Shown here piece by piece: positions 13,609 through 26,086 of a DNA stretch of 64,000 nt. The stretch lies in NCBI RefSeq assembly GCF_009914755.1, contig NC_060932.1, one strand, 5' to 3'. The translations under genes were made by a program, and so were the position numbers. The number at the start of each line of letters is the position of its first letter. Position 1 is the stretch's first letter. This stretch comes from the human T2T-CHM13v2.0 reference genome, Homo sapiens. The notes beneath the pieces were generated by a model. It saw only the letters and a list, made by a program, of their open reading frames with translations. It was not told the DNA's origin and made no database searches.

Positions 13609-16608
13609 GAGTCACTCGGGCATGTCCAGGACTCAGGTCCACACAGACAGTGGCAACAGCTAGCCCTGGGCATCTACCCCCATGAAGGGGACCCTCGGTT
13701 CTGCGAGAGAGATCCCCGAAGTGGGAACTGGGCCCCCATGGTGCCCAGTGCCTCTCCCCCTCTCCTCTGCCACTCTGCCCTGCACCCAGAGGCAGCGCTG
13801 GAGGCCTTACTCTACCACTCAGGGCTTCTCAAACCTCTGGTTCCACTTTTCTCCTTTTAAGCTTTCCATTTTGTAAACTCACCTCCCCCTTCCCAGGCTT
13901 GGGGGTCCAAGGAACCCCAGCTGGTGGGAGAAGCGGCTGCACTGTGGTGCAGGGGGTGGTGAGTGAGCGAGGAGGCACTAGTGTGGGGCAGCTACTTCAC
14001 CTCCCTGTGCCTCTGTGTCCTCCTCTGTCAAAGGGGCAAGATAATGGCTCCCATTGCCGGGCTGCTATACAGTGCTCAGGGCCACAGTGCAGTGGGGGGA
14101 CCCACGTCCATCGCCACCTTGATGCATACAACCCGGACAAGTTTACTGCTGTGATTTCTGCCGGCGCTGCTGTGCCGGTTCCCTGGTGCTGCACAGCCAC
14201 GCACTCCCCATGAGTGGGCCTGCCCAGCATTAGCTGAGTGCCTTCTGTGTGCTCTACGCCAGGTGCCAAGGGCAGGCCAGCCAGGCAGAACCATGTGTGG
14301 GGCTGGGACAGGTCAGGGTGGTGGAAAGGTGGACAGAAGGAGGCAGGAGGCAGGTGTGAGAAGCTGCCCACCCCACCCCTCAACACCACAGCACTTCCAG
14401 CTCCAGCAGGTCCTTGTTCTCAGCTGCCCCTGAGCCATGGGTGGCCAGGTCTCCTCCCCATCACCCCACTGAGACTCGAGACAGGGAGGACCTGATCCTG
14501 GAGTCCCTCCCAGCCCTGGCTGAGGAAGCCACCCAACCCGACAATGGGCTTGCGCAAGCCGCGCAGTGACTGCTCCCAGCCTCTCCCAAGGACTTAGGAG
14601 CCCAAAGCCGCCTCCCTCCCGGTAAGCATCCCAAGGCATCGCTGGCTGCAGCTGAGAGGGCCTCATTTGGGCACTGCCCTGAGGCTGGCACTTGCAGGTG
14701 GGGGCCCTTGGGAGCTCTGGGAGGCACCTGGCAGCCTCCCAGACACCCCGGGCCGGTCCTGCTCTCCAGGCTTAGGGCTACAGCCACAACCACTGGGGGT
14801 AGGGGCGAGGGGAGTCCAGGCCCACCCTGTGCTGGCAGCAACTCCTTCCCAGCTCTGGGCCCAGTATGATGCCCATCTTCCCTCTGGGGAGTCACGTTCC
14901 TCCCGCTCCGGGCCCGTTCCCACCCAAGGTCCCTTTGCAGAAGACTGGCACTGTCCTCCTCCAGCGGGAACTGGGTGTGCCCTCAGCAAGACTCTGCCCC
15001 CTCCCATCCTCATGTTCTCAGGAGACTGAAGCTGGGCACTCAGAACCAGCCCCAGGAGCAGAACGCAGGCCTGCATATAGACTCACTGCAAGGAGACCCC
15101 TGGGGTGGAGACCCTCATTCCCTGATCCCCCAGGGGTCCTGCATCAAAGCTCTGGAGATGCAATTTCCAGCAGGGGCTCCCCTGACCAGGGCCATACTTT
15201 GGGGCCGGGACAATCCTACCACATGGATATGTCACCATCCTGCCCATGCGGGATGGCTTGAAGGGTTTCTCAGGACACCAGAGCTGGGAGCACTGGTCAG
15301 GTGGGGGCCTCAGGTGCAGCGTGACCGCTGGCACCAAAAGGTCTCACGCCCCCGAATTCCCCATTCACAGCAGGGGCAGGTGCTCCCTGGGCTACCTGCA
15401 TCGGGGATGGATTGGTGCGTGTTGGGCTGACCCCTGCTTCCCAGGCCTGGGGTGGGGTCCCTGGGAGTCCACACACCCAGCTGGGGCTTCCACCCTGCCC
15501 TCCCAGTGGGTGCATCCCCAGGTGGAAGGTGATGGAGGGACCCACTCACTGTGCGCATCCCGCTGCGGGGGAGGGGCTGGGTCTCCGCCCTCCCCACCCC
15601 ACCCTCCCCACTCCCGCCCCCGCACGGCCACGAGAGGGTGGCATGCTCCGCCTTCCCACGCCCAGGCCCGCGCCGGCCCCAGGCTGCTCCCAACCCCCAG
15701 CCTGTGCGCGCATCCCCCAGTCCTGCGTCTTTTGCCTTGCTCGGCTGGGTCCTGCTGTGGTTGGGGACCAGGACTCGGGGGACCACCTGCTCTGCCCCTT
15801 TCCCTCCCTGCCCAGAATAGCGCTGGCCGGGTCAGCGTCCAGGACCCACCAAATATAGCATGGCCCTAGCTCCTGCCAGCTTCAGGCCTGGTGCCCTCCC
15901 CGTGAGGGGGTGGGAAACGTCAAGGGGTTTGACTGAGAGGACACACACCCCTTGCTGGACCCGAAAAAGCTTCTGTGACTTCGGGGGCCCTGGGGCCTGC
16001 TGAGGCAGAGCCGCCCCCTCCCCTGCAGGGGGTGGCTCCAACTCGGGCCTGGCAGACTTCCTAGCACAGGGGCCGGTGCCAAAGGCCCTCCTCCCACAGC
16101 CCTGATCCCGTACCGGTCCTGGCAGCTCCTGGCCTCAGTAGGAAGCGTGACTAGGCCTGGAGGAGCCTTTCCTCCTAAGAGTCTCCCCACCACCCCACCT
16201 GCGGGCATTCCTTGTCTTCCCCCTGCCCCAGCACACCAGGGGCAGACTGAGGCAGGGGCCTCTCCTAGGGCTTCCCAGAAGGTGGGCTTGGCCACAGCTC
16301 CCATCTGCTCAGTGCTCCCTGCCTGACTGGGCCCCTCCCCATAAATAGCCCTGGACAGGCGAGGGGCTGATCAGCCCATCAAAGCCGGACACTTTTGGGA
16401 TCCCACACAGCATCGAAAGGTCAAGGCCTCGAAGTGAGGTCGTGTGGTGGTTGGGGGAGGTCGGGTGTCTTCTTGCCCACAGTCCTGACCCTGGGCATGG
16501 CTGAGGAGGTCGCAGGGAGTGTGGAGGGTGAGGCAGGGTGAGCTGGGTGCGAGGGTGTAGCAGTGTGTCTCGAGAGCTTTGTTCTTGAGTGGGTCTGCCT
16601 CGGGGGCT

Positions 16609-16805
16609 TTAGAGGAGACCCCAGAGGGTGGCCAGGAGGATGGGGGCCAGGGCCAGGGTGGCCGGGGTGGCAAGGCCGGTGCCGTTGCAGAGGTCGTACT
16701 GGCAGCAGGAGGTGGTGGACGCGTGCTTGGAGTAGCCATCATACACAGTCTCGAAGCAGCGGGGCACGCAGGACTTACTGACCTTCATCCTGGTGGGGGT
16801 GTAGT
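16609..16805 (-). CDS. LYNX1: LYNX1 last coding exon ((Y)[16 protein letters not shown]...[32 protein letters not shown]), with GPI signal
   Basis: Acceptor cccctctgcag; spliced CDS 52+102+197=351 nt = 116 aa, matching LYNX1 as recalled. Confidence 0.97.
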
Positions 16806-17034
16806 CTGCAGAGGGGCGGGGCGGTGAGCCAGCTCCGCTAAGAGGGGCAGGAGACCCAGCTGGCCCCACCCCAGCATCCACAGCCATCAGGGCAGGGCCC
16901 CTCAGCCTGGAGCTCCCAGACAGGATCCGGGAACAGGAGAGCCTCCTTCCTCAGGACCCCCGCATGCTCAGGGGCAGGGCAGAACCTCCCCTTCGTGCTC
17001 CCCAGGCAGGGCCACGCAGGGCCCCCAGACTCAC

Positions 17035-17136
17035 AGGTGCGCGTGGTCATGCAGTAGGCAACCATAGCCGGGCAGCGCATGGGGTTGAAGCAGTTGTCTC
17101 CGTTGTAGGCACACACGTGGCAGTCCAAGGCCTGGG
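17035..17136 (-). CDS. LYNX1: LYNX1 middle coding exon ([34 protein letters not shown])
   Basis: Acceptor accccag, donor gtgagt; 102 nt, phase 1-1. Confidence 0.97.
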
Positions 17137-17347
17137 CTGGGGTTGGCAGATGGGCGGGAAGGGAACGGGGGTCACAGAACATGAGAGGCCCCTCCTCCAG
17201 CCCATCAGGCCCCCAGCCCGTCACCTTCCCCGGGGCAGGGGGCTAGAAGGAGGGGTTGTCGCTGGGAATTCTAGCCTCCTTCCCTACTTTCAGCCCATCT
17301 GCCCTCAAAGTGGGTCTGCCCATCCCTCTGTCCTTTGTCCATCTTAC

Positions 17348-17399
17348 CCAGAGGTAAGCCCATGAGGACCACCAGGATCAGGGTGAGCAGGGGCGTCAT
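17348..17399 (-). CDS. LYNX1: LYNX1 first coding exon, signal peptide MTPLLTLILVVLMGLPL (too short for the ORF track)
   Basis: gcagccATG Kozak context at 17399, donor G|gtaaga; 52 coding nt. The exon probably extends as 5'UTR to an acceptor at about 17563. Confidence 0.95.
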
Positions 17400-18399
17400 G
17401 GCTGCAGGCAGGAGGGCAGCGTGGGAGTGGGGAGGTCAACAGCAGCTAGCCCTGGATCCAACTCAGGGGTGGCGCACAGAGGATCCAACTCAGGGTGGTG
17501 CGCAGAGGACGTGGGGCCGGCCCTGCCTCCCGGAGCTCCTGGTCTACTGGGAGTGCTGCAACCCTGCACAGCAGGTGGCAAAGACAGGTGGTCAGTACTG
17601 GGCCTGAAGGACCCATGGGGGCCTGGGCAGGGATGATGGTGGGCAGAGGGGCCACCTAACTCAGTGGGTGTCAGGGAAGGTTTCCTGGAGGAGGAGACAC
17701 TTGGGATGGGACAAGAAGGGAGAAGAGATCAGGACATTTCAATCAGAGACCAGCACCTGCAAAAGCTCAAAACAGCCTGTAGCGCTGGATGGAGGAGAGA
17801 TGGGGGGAGGATGAGGGGCAGTGCTAGAGAAGGAGTAGGGATGGGCAGAGGGGCCTTAAATACCAGGCCTAAACAAGGATTTTACCCAGGGGATGGTTGG
17901 TGCAGAGGTCCCATGGGAGGTGGTCTGCAGCCCCATCCCAAGCAGGGCCCTGGGGGCCGGATGGCTGGCCATGGCAGGACTGGGCCCAAAAGCTGGGTCT
18001 CTTCTCGCTGTTCCCCTCCTCTCTGCTCCTGGGGTGTCCCTACTTGGGGTTCCTTCTTCCAGAAGACCTCCAGAGCCCTGGTTAGGGTTGTCTGAGTCCT
18101 CGGCCACTGCAGAAGCTCCCCAGCAGGGATGAGCTGTGCCCAGCTTGGGGGGAATGCATTTTGAGCCCCTCCCAGGAGGGCACTTGGGCCAGACAAGAAG
18201 AAGCATTTCCCCGGCTGGGTCTGGTGTTTGGAACGGGAATGCCCTCTCTGGAAAGAGGTTTACAGTGGGGAGGTGGGGGTTGGATTACGGCTCTCCTACC
18301 CCTGCGGGGATACTCGGCCCTCGGTCTCCGTCCTGGAGGACTAAATTAAACTTACGCCTTCCCGAGAACAACAAATCCGTCTCTCACGACACATTTGCC

Positions 18400-19500
18400 C
18401 AGGCCAACCCCAGGATGCCAAAGGCCAGAGTCAGGCCTGCGGCTTCGAGCTTCCCAACCCCCTCACGGAGAGCCCCGCCCCAAACACTGCGGTCCCAGGT
18501 CGAGGGGAGGGCTCTCGGCGCGAGCGGGACTATCAGGGTGACCTCACCTGTGACCTTCACCACCGTGAGGTACCGCCGCGCCTGGGAGTCACCCGCGGCC
18601 GCTCGCCGGTAGGTGCCTGCCTGAGTCTAATCGTAGGCGTGTCTGTGTGTCCCGCAGCACCCGTGCCGCATCGCCTGATGCTCACCGCAGGCCCAGCCCA
18701 GTCCCGCCCCCGGAACAGCCCGCCCAGCGCGAGCTCACCGCAGGCCCCGCCCCAGGCCTGCCCCGGCCCCACCTCCTGAGCAACCCCCCGAGCCGAGCTC
18801 ACCGCAGGCCCCGCCCCGGACCCGCCCCGGACCCGCCTCCTGGGCTACTCACCAAGCCGCGCTCACTGCAGGCCCCGCCCCTGCCCCGCCTCCTGGGCAC
18901 CCGCCGAGCCGAGTTCACCGCAGGCCCCGCCCCGGACCCGCCTCCTGGGCACCCGCCGAGCCGAGTTCACCGCAGGCCCCGCCCCGGACCCGCCTCCTGG
19001 GCACCCGCCGAGCCGAGTTCACCGCAGGCCCCGCCCCGGACCCGCCTCCTGGGCACCCGCCGAGCCGAGTTCACCGCAGGCCTCGGCCCGGACCCGTCCC
19101 CGGACCGCCGGCTCGCCGGGCAAGCGCTGGGACCCCGAGGCCAGTCCAGGCATCTGGATCTCCGACACAGAGGCAGCCACGCAGTGATTCCCTGGCGACC
19201 CTCAGACTCACGTGTTCCGCCCGGACACTCCGCAGGCTATCTTCACCGCGTCCCGCGGCAGCCCAGCCTTCCCCGCAGCCGCCTCCGCCCACTCGCCCGC
19301 GCCGCGTCGTTTGTCGGCCGGCACCAGCCTTGCGGCCCCAGCTCCGCCCTCCTGCAGCCCAGGCCCAGCAGCTCCGGAACTGGCGCCCTTTGGCGCACCC
19401 GCCTCGCTGCCCATGGCCTCCGCCTGCCTCCCCTGCGCTCAGCTCCCGCTTCTGGTCCCTGTAGCAAAGCTGGAAGGCAGGCCTGCAAGGCAGCCCCTTG
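18400..19500. promoter_or_regulatory. LYNX1: CpG island carrying the LYNX1 promoter and non-coding 5' exons (candidate donors after 18548 and 19212)
   Basis: Very high GC and CpG density, many GGGGCGGGG boxes, and minus-strand gtgag donor motifs. Confidence 0.75.
18680..19095. repeat. 52-bp GC-rich VNTR in the LYNX1 CpG island
   Basis: gagttcaccgcagg at 18911, 18963, 19015 and 19067 (period 52); degenerate units near 18681, 18731, 18795 and 18861. Confidence 0.92.
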
Positions 19501-19969
19501 CTCCGTGGTCCCTCTCACCATCATAATGTTCATATTAAATAATTATCTTTACATAACTTTGAATACTTATGTTATTGGTTCTGTTTTTGGCAAAATGTAA
19601 TAAAATTTCATGGGTCCGAAAGTTTTCATTTTTTCCAATGTGAGAAAGAAAAATAAAACCTTTTCTTCTACCCTAAAGCTCATTTTTTTCTTTAAAACAT
19701 TTTTGCGGGCCTGAGGTACAGAATACACCATGCCTGCTGGGCAAGCGGGCTCCGGTTCCAGGAAATCCTTCGGTCCCCAGCAAACTAGGCCAGTTAGTTG
19801 TTCTGTTTGCCGAGAGGTAATGCGCACCCTCCTGTGCCAGGTCCTAGTTGGGGAGAAGGCAAAGAATAAAACCAGCAGACGTTCCAGAATATTCCCACCC
19901 CATGGAGCTCACACTCTGGTGGGATAAGGGGCGTGAAAGGAACGCATAGGTCAGAACCAGAGTATGTCG

Positions 19970-20095
19970 CGGTCTTCAGCCTCAGACCACGATGAATTAA
20001 TACGGATGAAACTTCCCTTGCCCGCCCGCCAGCGCTCGCCTCCTGCTGTGTGGCGTGGTTCCTAACCGGTCTGTGACCCAGGGGTTGGGGACCTT
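19970..20095. mobile_element. MER1-like (hAT-Charlie) DNA transposon fragment
   Basis: cgctcgcctcctgctgtgtggcgtggttcctaacc...ggggttggggacc resembles the MER1 end as recalled. Confidence 0.55.
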
Positions 20096-20297
20096 TATGT
20101 TAAAGGAAGTTCTTCAGGCAGAAATACGGATCTACACAAAGGAATAAATGACACCAGAAATAGGAAATAGAAGGTAATTTTTTTCTTATTTTTGAATCAA
20201 GTTAAAAGATAGTTGATTACCTAAAGCAAAAATAATAACAATGTATTAAGGAATTTATAGCAAATGTAGAAGTAAATTGTATGATAATAGTAGTGCA

Positions 20298-20607
20298 GGC
20301 TGGGCACCGCGGCTCACGCCTGTAATCCCAGCACTTTGGGAGGCTGAGGCGAGTGGATCGCTTGAGCCCAGGAGTTCAAGACCAGGCTTGGCTGGGCAAC
20401 GTAGAGAGACCTCATCTCTAAAAAAAAAAAAAAAATACCAAAAAATTAGCTGGGTGTGGTGGTGCACACCTGAGGTTGCACCCAGGAGGCTGAGGTGGGA
20501 GAATCACTTGAACCCAGGAGGTGGAGGTTGCAGTGAGCTGTGATCACGCTACTGCACTGAAGCCTGGGTGATAGAGCAAGACGCTGTGTCAAATAAATTT
20601 TAAAAAA
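20298..20607 (+). mobile_element. Alu (AluJ-like)
   Basis: Alu dimer with gcttgagcccaggag; target-site duplication aatagtagtgca / aatagtaataca. Confidence 0.9.
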
Positions 20608-20970
20608 AATAGTAATACAAATAGACCAGGAGAGGGACAATGGAAGTTCACTGTTGTAGATTTATTCTACTCTATGTGAAGTGGCCTACTATTTCTTGGA
20701 GGTAGACTAGTAAGTCAAAGGTGTATGCTAAGACACTAAAGTGTCACTAAAAAAAGACAAAGAAAAAAGCAAAAGTCAAAGCACTGTAGTTAATAAATCA
20801 ACAAAAGTGATGATACAGAATTATTTATTTATAAAAGCACATGTTACAGAGACTGCAGAAGAGGAGAAAGGAAAAAACAATGAGACAAATAGAAAACAAA
20901 TAGCAAGATGACATATATTTAAACCCAGCCACAGCAATAATGACACTATGTCATCTAAACACTTCAATCA

Positions 20971-21293
<323 letters not shown>

Positions 21294-21516
21294 TTAAAAA
21301 CAGAGGTTGTCAGATTGGATAAAAATAGAAACAGCCAAGTATATGCTGTCAGTGGGAAACTCACCAGACATGTAAAAACACAAATAAGATAAAAGTAAAA
21401 AGATGGAGAGAGATATACTATGCTAACACCAATTAAAAGAACACAGACATGACTACGTCAATATCAAAGTAGGTTTAAAGCAAAGACTATAATCAGAAAT
21501 AAAGAGGAGCATTACT

Positions 21517-21660
21517 GGCCAGGTGTAGTGGCTCTCATCTGCAATCCCAGCACTTTGGGAGGCTGAGGTGGGAGGATTGCTTGAGGCCAGGAGTTTGACA
21601 CCAGCCAGGGCAAAACAGCAAAACACTATCTGTACTAGAAAGAAAGAAAAAAAATTTAAA
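21517..21660 (+). mobile_element. Alu monomer (FLAM-like)
   Basis: Left arm only plus A tail; flanking aaagagg..cattac duplication. Confidence 0.8.
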
Positions 21661-22758
21661 AAGAGGGACATTACCAAATGATAAATTGATCAGTTCATGA
21701 AGAGGACTCAGCAGTTCTAAATATGTATGCACCTAACAATTAAGCTTCAAAATACACAAAGCAAAACAAACAACATCTGATAGAACTGAAAGGAGAAAAA
21801 GAAAATCCACAATAACAGAGATTTCAACACTCCTCTTTCGAGAACTGATAAAAAATAGACAAAAAGTCTGTAAGGATGAAGACGTGGATCACATTACCAG
21901 TCAACATGACCAACTTGATGTTTGTAGGACACTCCACCTCACAGAAGGGGAACACACCTTTATTTACCAATAATGTCCTCCAAGGCAGACTGTATTCTGG
22001 GCCATAGAACAAATCTCAGTAAATTTATACAGATTAAAATCATGCAGATTATTTTCTTGGACTACAATGGAGCTAAATTAGAAATCAATAACAGAAATAT
22101 ATCTAAAAGATCATCAAATATTTAGAAACTGAGTAATAACATATTTCTAAACAACTTATAGGTCAAAGGAGAAACCAAAAAGGAAATCAGAAAATATTTC
22201 CAACTGAATGAAAATGCAAACACAATTCATCAAAGTCAAAGGATGCAGCTGAAGTGGGCCCTGGAGGGAAATTTTGCACTAATGCTTCTTTTAGAAAAAA
22301 AAGAGCTAAAACTTCTTTTGGAAGAGAAAGAAGTTCTCCAAAAAAAACCACCTAAACTTTCACCCTCGGAAACCAGAACAAAAAGAGCAAATCAAACCCA
22401 AGGTAAGCAAAATGAAGAAAATAGCAAAAATAAAAGCAAAAAAAAAAAAAAAAAAGTGAGGTAGAAAAAGAAGATAGAGAAAAATCAATGAGAGCAATGT
22501 TTGAGAATGCCCCTCCAGGAGGAGGACCTCAACAACCCTCCCCAGTCCGGCTTGTCCATGGCAGGACCAGAGAAAGGACCTCTTGCAAACCAAAGCTAGC
22601 TGCTTCTGAGTTGGGGGCTGGCCAGTGGAGTGGGCGGCTGGGGCTGCCCCTCCAGCCCTCCGTGGGATCTGGCTGTCGAGACTGGGCGTTAAGGGAGGCT
22701 CTTGGGCCCCCCTGATCTGACTGAATAATGCTCCTTTCTTTCTCCCACCTGGCCTTTC

Positions 22759-23323
22759 AGCCAAGATGCTGTCAGGCGTCATCAGCCCCACACAGGGCCT
22801 GCAACCTTGTAGGTGGGGACAGCGCAGCTGGCCAGAGGGGGCCGGGTGGGAGCTCAGGCCCGACTGGACGGTGAGGAGAGCAGAAGTTCCGAGCAGGTGG
22901 AGGGAGGATCCCTTTTCAGAGGACCTGGTCAGTTGCTTTTGCACAGTCTCCCTGACAGCTGCCCTCTGTCTGGACATTGTGCTTTGACTGCTTTTAGCAT
23001 TTCCATTTTTAAGGCATAGAGAAAATTGCATCCAGTGATGGGCCAGGAGAGTCAGCCATGCACCCCATGACAGGGACAGTGCCCCACCCCTGGGTGCTGG
23101 CCAAACCTCAGTGGCTGTGCCTTGGGGCCCCACCACTCAATCCTATGCCTAAGACATCTCCCTGCAAGTTCTGAGCTTGGGCTCTGGCAGAGGGAGCTCC
23201 TCCTTCAGGGGCACTCAGGACATGGGGGCAGGGCTGTCGGCCCCCTCTGGCCAGCTGCGCTGTCCACACCTACAAGGTTGCAGGCCCTGTGTGGGACTGA
23301 TGATGCCTGACAGAGTCTTGGCT
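22759..23323. repeat. 86-bp inverted repeat (22759-22844 / 23238-23323), 393-bp spacer
   Basis: Manual alignment of arm 1 with the reverse complement of arm 2 shows 5 mismatches in 86 bp. Confidence 0.92.
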
Positions 23324-24156
23324 GGGGCTGGGGCTGGGGTCAGGTTGTGTCCAGGACAGTTGAGGAGCTGTCCAGCAGGGTCACAGAGAAGCAGCCTGGA
23401 GGCTGGGAGACTGAGCTAGGGACCCCTGGAGGCACAGGGCAGAGGGCAGTGATGGGCTATGAGCTGTGACTGTCCTTGGGCTTGGTCTGGAGTCCTGCCA
23501 GCTCCCAGGCCCCATTGCAGCCACATGGGCAGCCTAGCCCTCTCTGGATCCTGCAGGTTCGCTCCCACTCCTGGGCCTTTGCCCAGGGCCCGCACGCAGC
23601 CTCATCCATGCTGCCTTCGTTGTCCCTGTACCTGCTGCTGCTTTGCAGTCTTCCCTGACCCACCAGCAGAACTCCCTCTTCCTTCATTCCTGGAGTTTGG
23701 TGGCCACAGCCCCCGTTTCCTGCCTTTCAGGGGTGGGAGTGGTAGGGGAGGTGGCATTCCCGCCTGCCTCCAGGCTGCACTGGACACAGAGCACTCCCGT
23801 TCCCTGGGCCCTGGATGAGGATTCCTGCAGCCAGCCTGCCGTGAAGTGGCAGGAGTCACTTTCCCTTGCCCAGCCTTAGTTTCCCCATATGGAAGTGGGG
23901 ATGGGTGGGTCTGCGGCCTAGGCACTCCTACCCCTCTGCTCTCTGCCCGACTCCCATGCCCAGGTGCCTTCGCACACCCTGCCCTGGGCGCTTGGCAGGC
24001 CTCAGGCCACCTGTCCAGAGTGGAGTGGAAAAGGGCACAGATGGGGCCATGAGCGGCACTGGCCTGGGCGAAGGCGGATTTTCCCTGTGCAGGAGCCCCG
24101 GCACCCGGCTCTCCAGTGGCCACCAGGGGGCGCTCATACTCAGACCTCCAGGAGCA

Positions 24157-26086
24157 CTCGCAGGCCCCTCCCACATGCCAGCACTCAGGGGAGAAGGGGC
24201 GCCCTCACCCCTTCACCCTGGGTCATGTCCCTGAGACTGGGGTTCAAGAGCCTCCAGAGAGGCCGGCTTGGAACACCCCAGGCCCAACCCCAGCCTCGGA
24301 GCCATGTGGACACTGACTACCCACAGCCACCACCCAGGGCAAGTCCAGCTGCCTGGGCCCATCCCCATCCATGGGAACCCAGCAGCCCCTTGGCCAGACC
24401 TCACCAGGGTGAAGCTGGACTGGAGGGGGCGGGGAGCATGACGCAGGGAATATGGGCCAGGTGAGGTCGCCCAGAGGCAGGGAGGGTTCCGCACCCACTG
24501 CGTGGGTTCTGGTATTTCGGGGATGAGGCTGTGACGTGGAGTGAGATGAGGCCCCCGGCAGATGCCCCAGCAAGGAGAGGGCCAGAGGCTCCCGCAGGCT
24601 GACCCCACGCCCCCGGCATGGGAAGTCTCAGGCCTCACCTGGGTCAGAGCAGAGCTCTGCCTTCCCCCAGGGCAGCTCCCTCACAGGTCTGGCCTGGAAA
24701 ACTTATGGTGACCGAGCCCCCTCCGGCCCCGGCCAGCAGACAGTGGTGTAGCATGGGTGGCAGCTGGTGAGGGGTCAGTGGTGCTCCCTGGCCCTGGGTC
24801 CAGGCACTCAGCTCTTTGTCCCACGCACCATGAGACCAGCACCATTACCACCCCCAGTTCCAGCCAAGGGCAGGAGCACTAGGTGGGGTCTGAGGCCCCA
24901 GGAGCGCACGGAAATGCCTGCAGCCCTGCAGTGGCTGGGAGGGGGGCTGAGGGCCAGGGCCACCATTTAGTCACAGGCAGCATGTGGGGTGCTGGCTGCA
25001 CCAGGTGGGTGCCCAGTGGAGGAAAATGGAGGCTCCCGGAGGTGGAGTGCTTTGCCTAAGGTCTCTCAGTCAGGGCAAGGAGTGACCCACCTTGGCCGCC
25101 CTGGGGAGATGGGCCTTGGGTGTGGAGAAGGGTGATCCCAAGGTGGAGACAGTGAAGCTCACCCAGACCCAGTCCTGGGTCGCGGTGCCTTGGCTGGGCA
25201 GGCAGCCCTCCAGGAGGGGGTTGCACAGTGGCCCTGGGTCCCAGGGGAGGCAGGATGGACAGGTGGTAAGAGCAGGCCTTCCCAAATCACGCTTCACCTC
25301 CAGTAACCATCCAGCACCCCACTCGCCCCCAGCCCCTCAGCTGGAACTGGGGGTGGTGATGGTGCTGGTCTCATGGTGTGTGGGACAAAGAGCTGAATGC
25401 CTGGACCCAGGGCCAGGGAGCACCACTGACCCCTCACCAGCTGCCACCCACGCTACGCCACCGTCTGCTGGCCGCGGCCGGAGGGGGCTCTGCCACCACG
25501 GAATTTCCAGGCCAGGCCTGCGAGGGAGCTGGCCTGGGGGAAGGCAGAGCTCTGCTCTGACCCTGGTGAGGCCTGAGACTTCCCATGCCGGGGACATGTG
25601 GTCAGCCTGCAGGAGCCTCTGGCCCTCTCCAGAAGGGGAAGGGCCCCTTGCTGGGGCATCTGCCGGGGGCCTCATCTCACTGCACGTCCCAACCTCATCC
25701 CCGAAATACCAGAACCCACGCAGTGGGTGCGGAACCCTCCCTGCCTCTGGGCGACCTCATCTGGCCCATATTCCCTGCGTCATACTCCCCGCCCAGTCTA
25801 GCTTCACCCTGGTGAGGTCTGGCCAAGGGGCTGCTGGGTTCCCATAGATAGGGTCCATGGGACTTTCCTGGATGGTGGCTGAACTTTCCCTGGGCAGCTG
25901 GACTTGCCTTGGCGATGGCTGTAGGTAGTCAGTGCCTACTTGGCTCCAAAGCTGGGGTTGGGCCTGGGGTGTCCCAAGCCGGCCTCTCTGGAGGCTCCTG
26001 AACCCCGGTCTCAGAGACATGACCCGGGGTGAAAGGCTGAGGGGTTCCTTCTCCCCTAGGTGCTATGTGTGGGAGGGGCCTGCGAG
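24157..26086. repeat. About 0.7-kb inverted duplication (24157-24864 / 25340-26086), 475-bp spacer
   Basis: The arms are reverse complements; the ORF track shows near-identical peptides on opposite strands (e.g. SSPKYQNPRSGCGTLPASGRPHLAHIPCV). Confidence 0.93.

Noticed and set aside
18647-19600. 317-aa Pro/Arg-rich ORF
   Set aside because: Product of the GC-rich 52-bp VNTR and CpG island, where stop codons are scarce; no domain signature.
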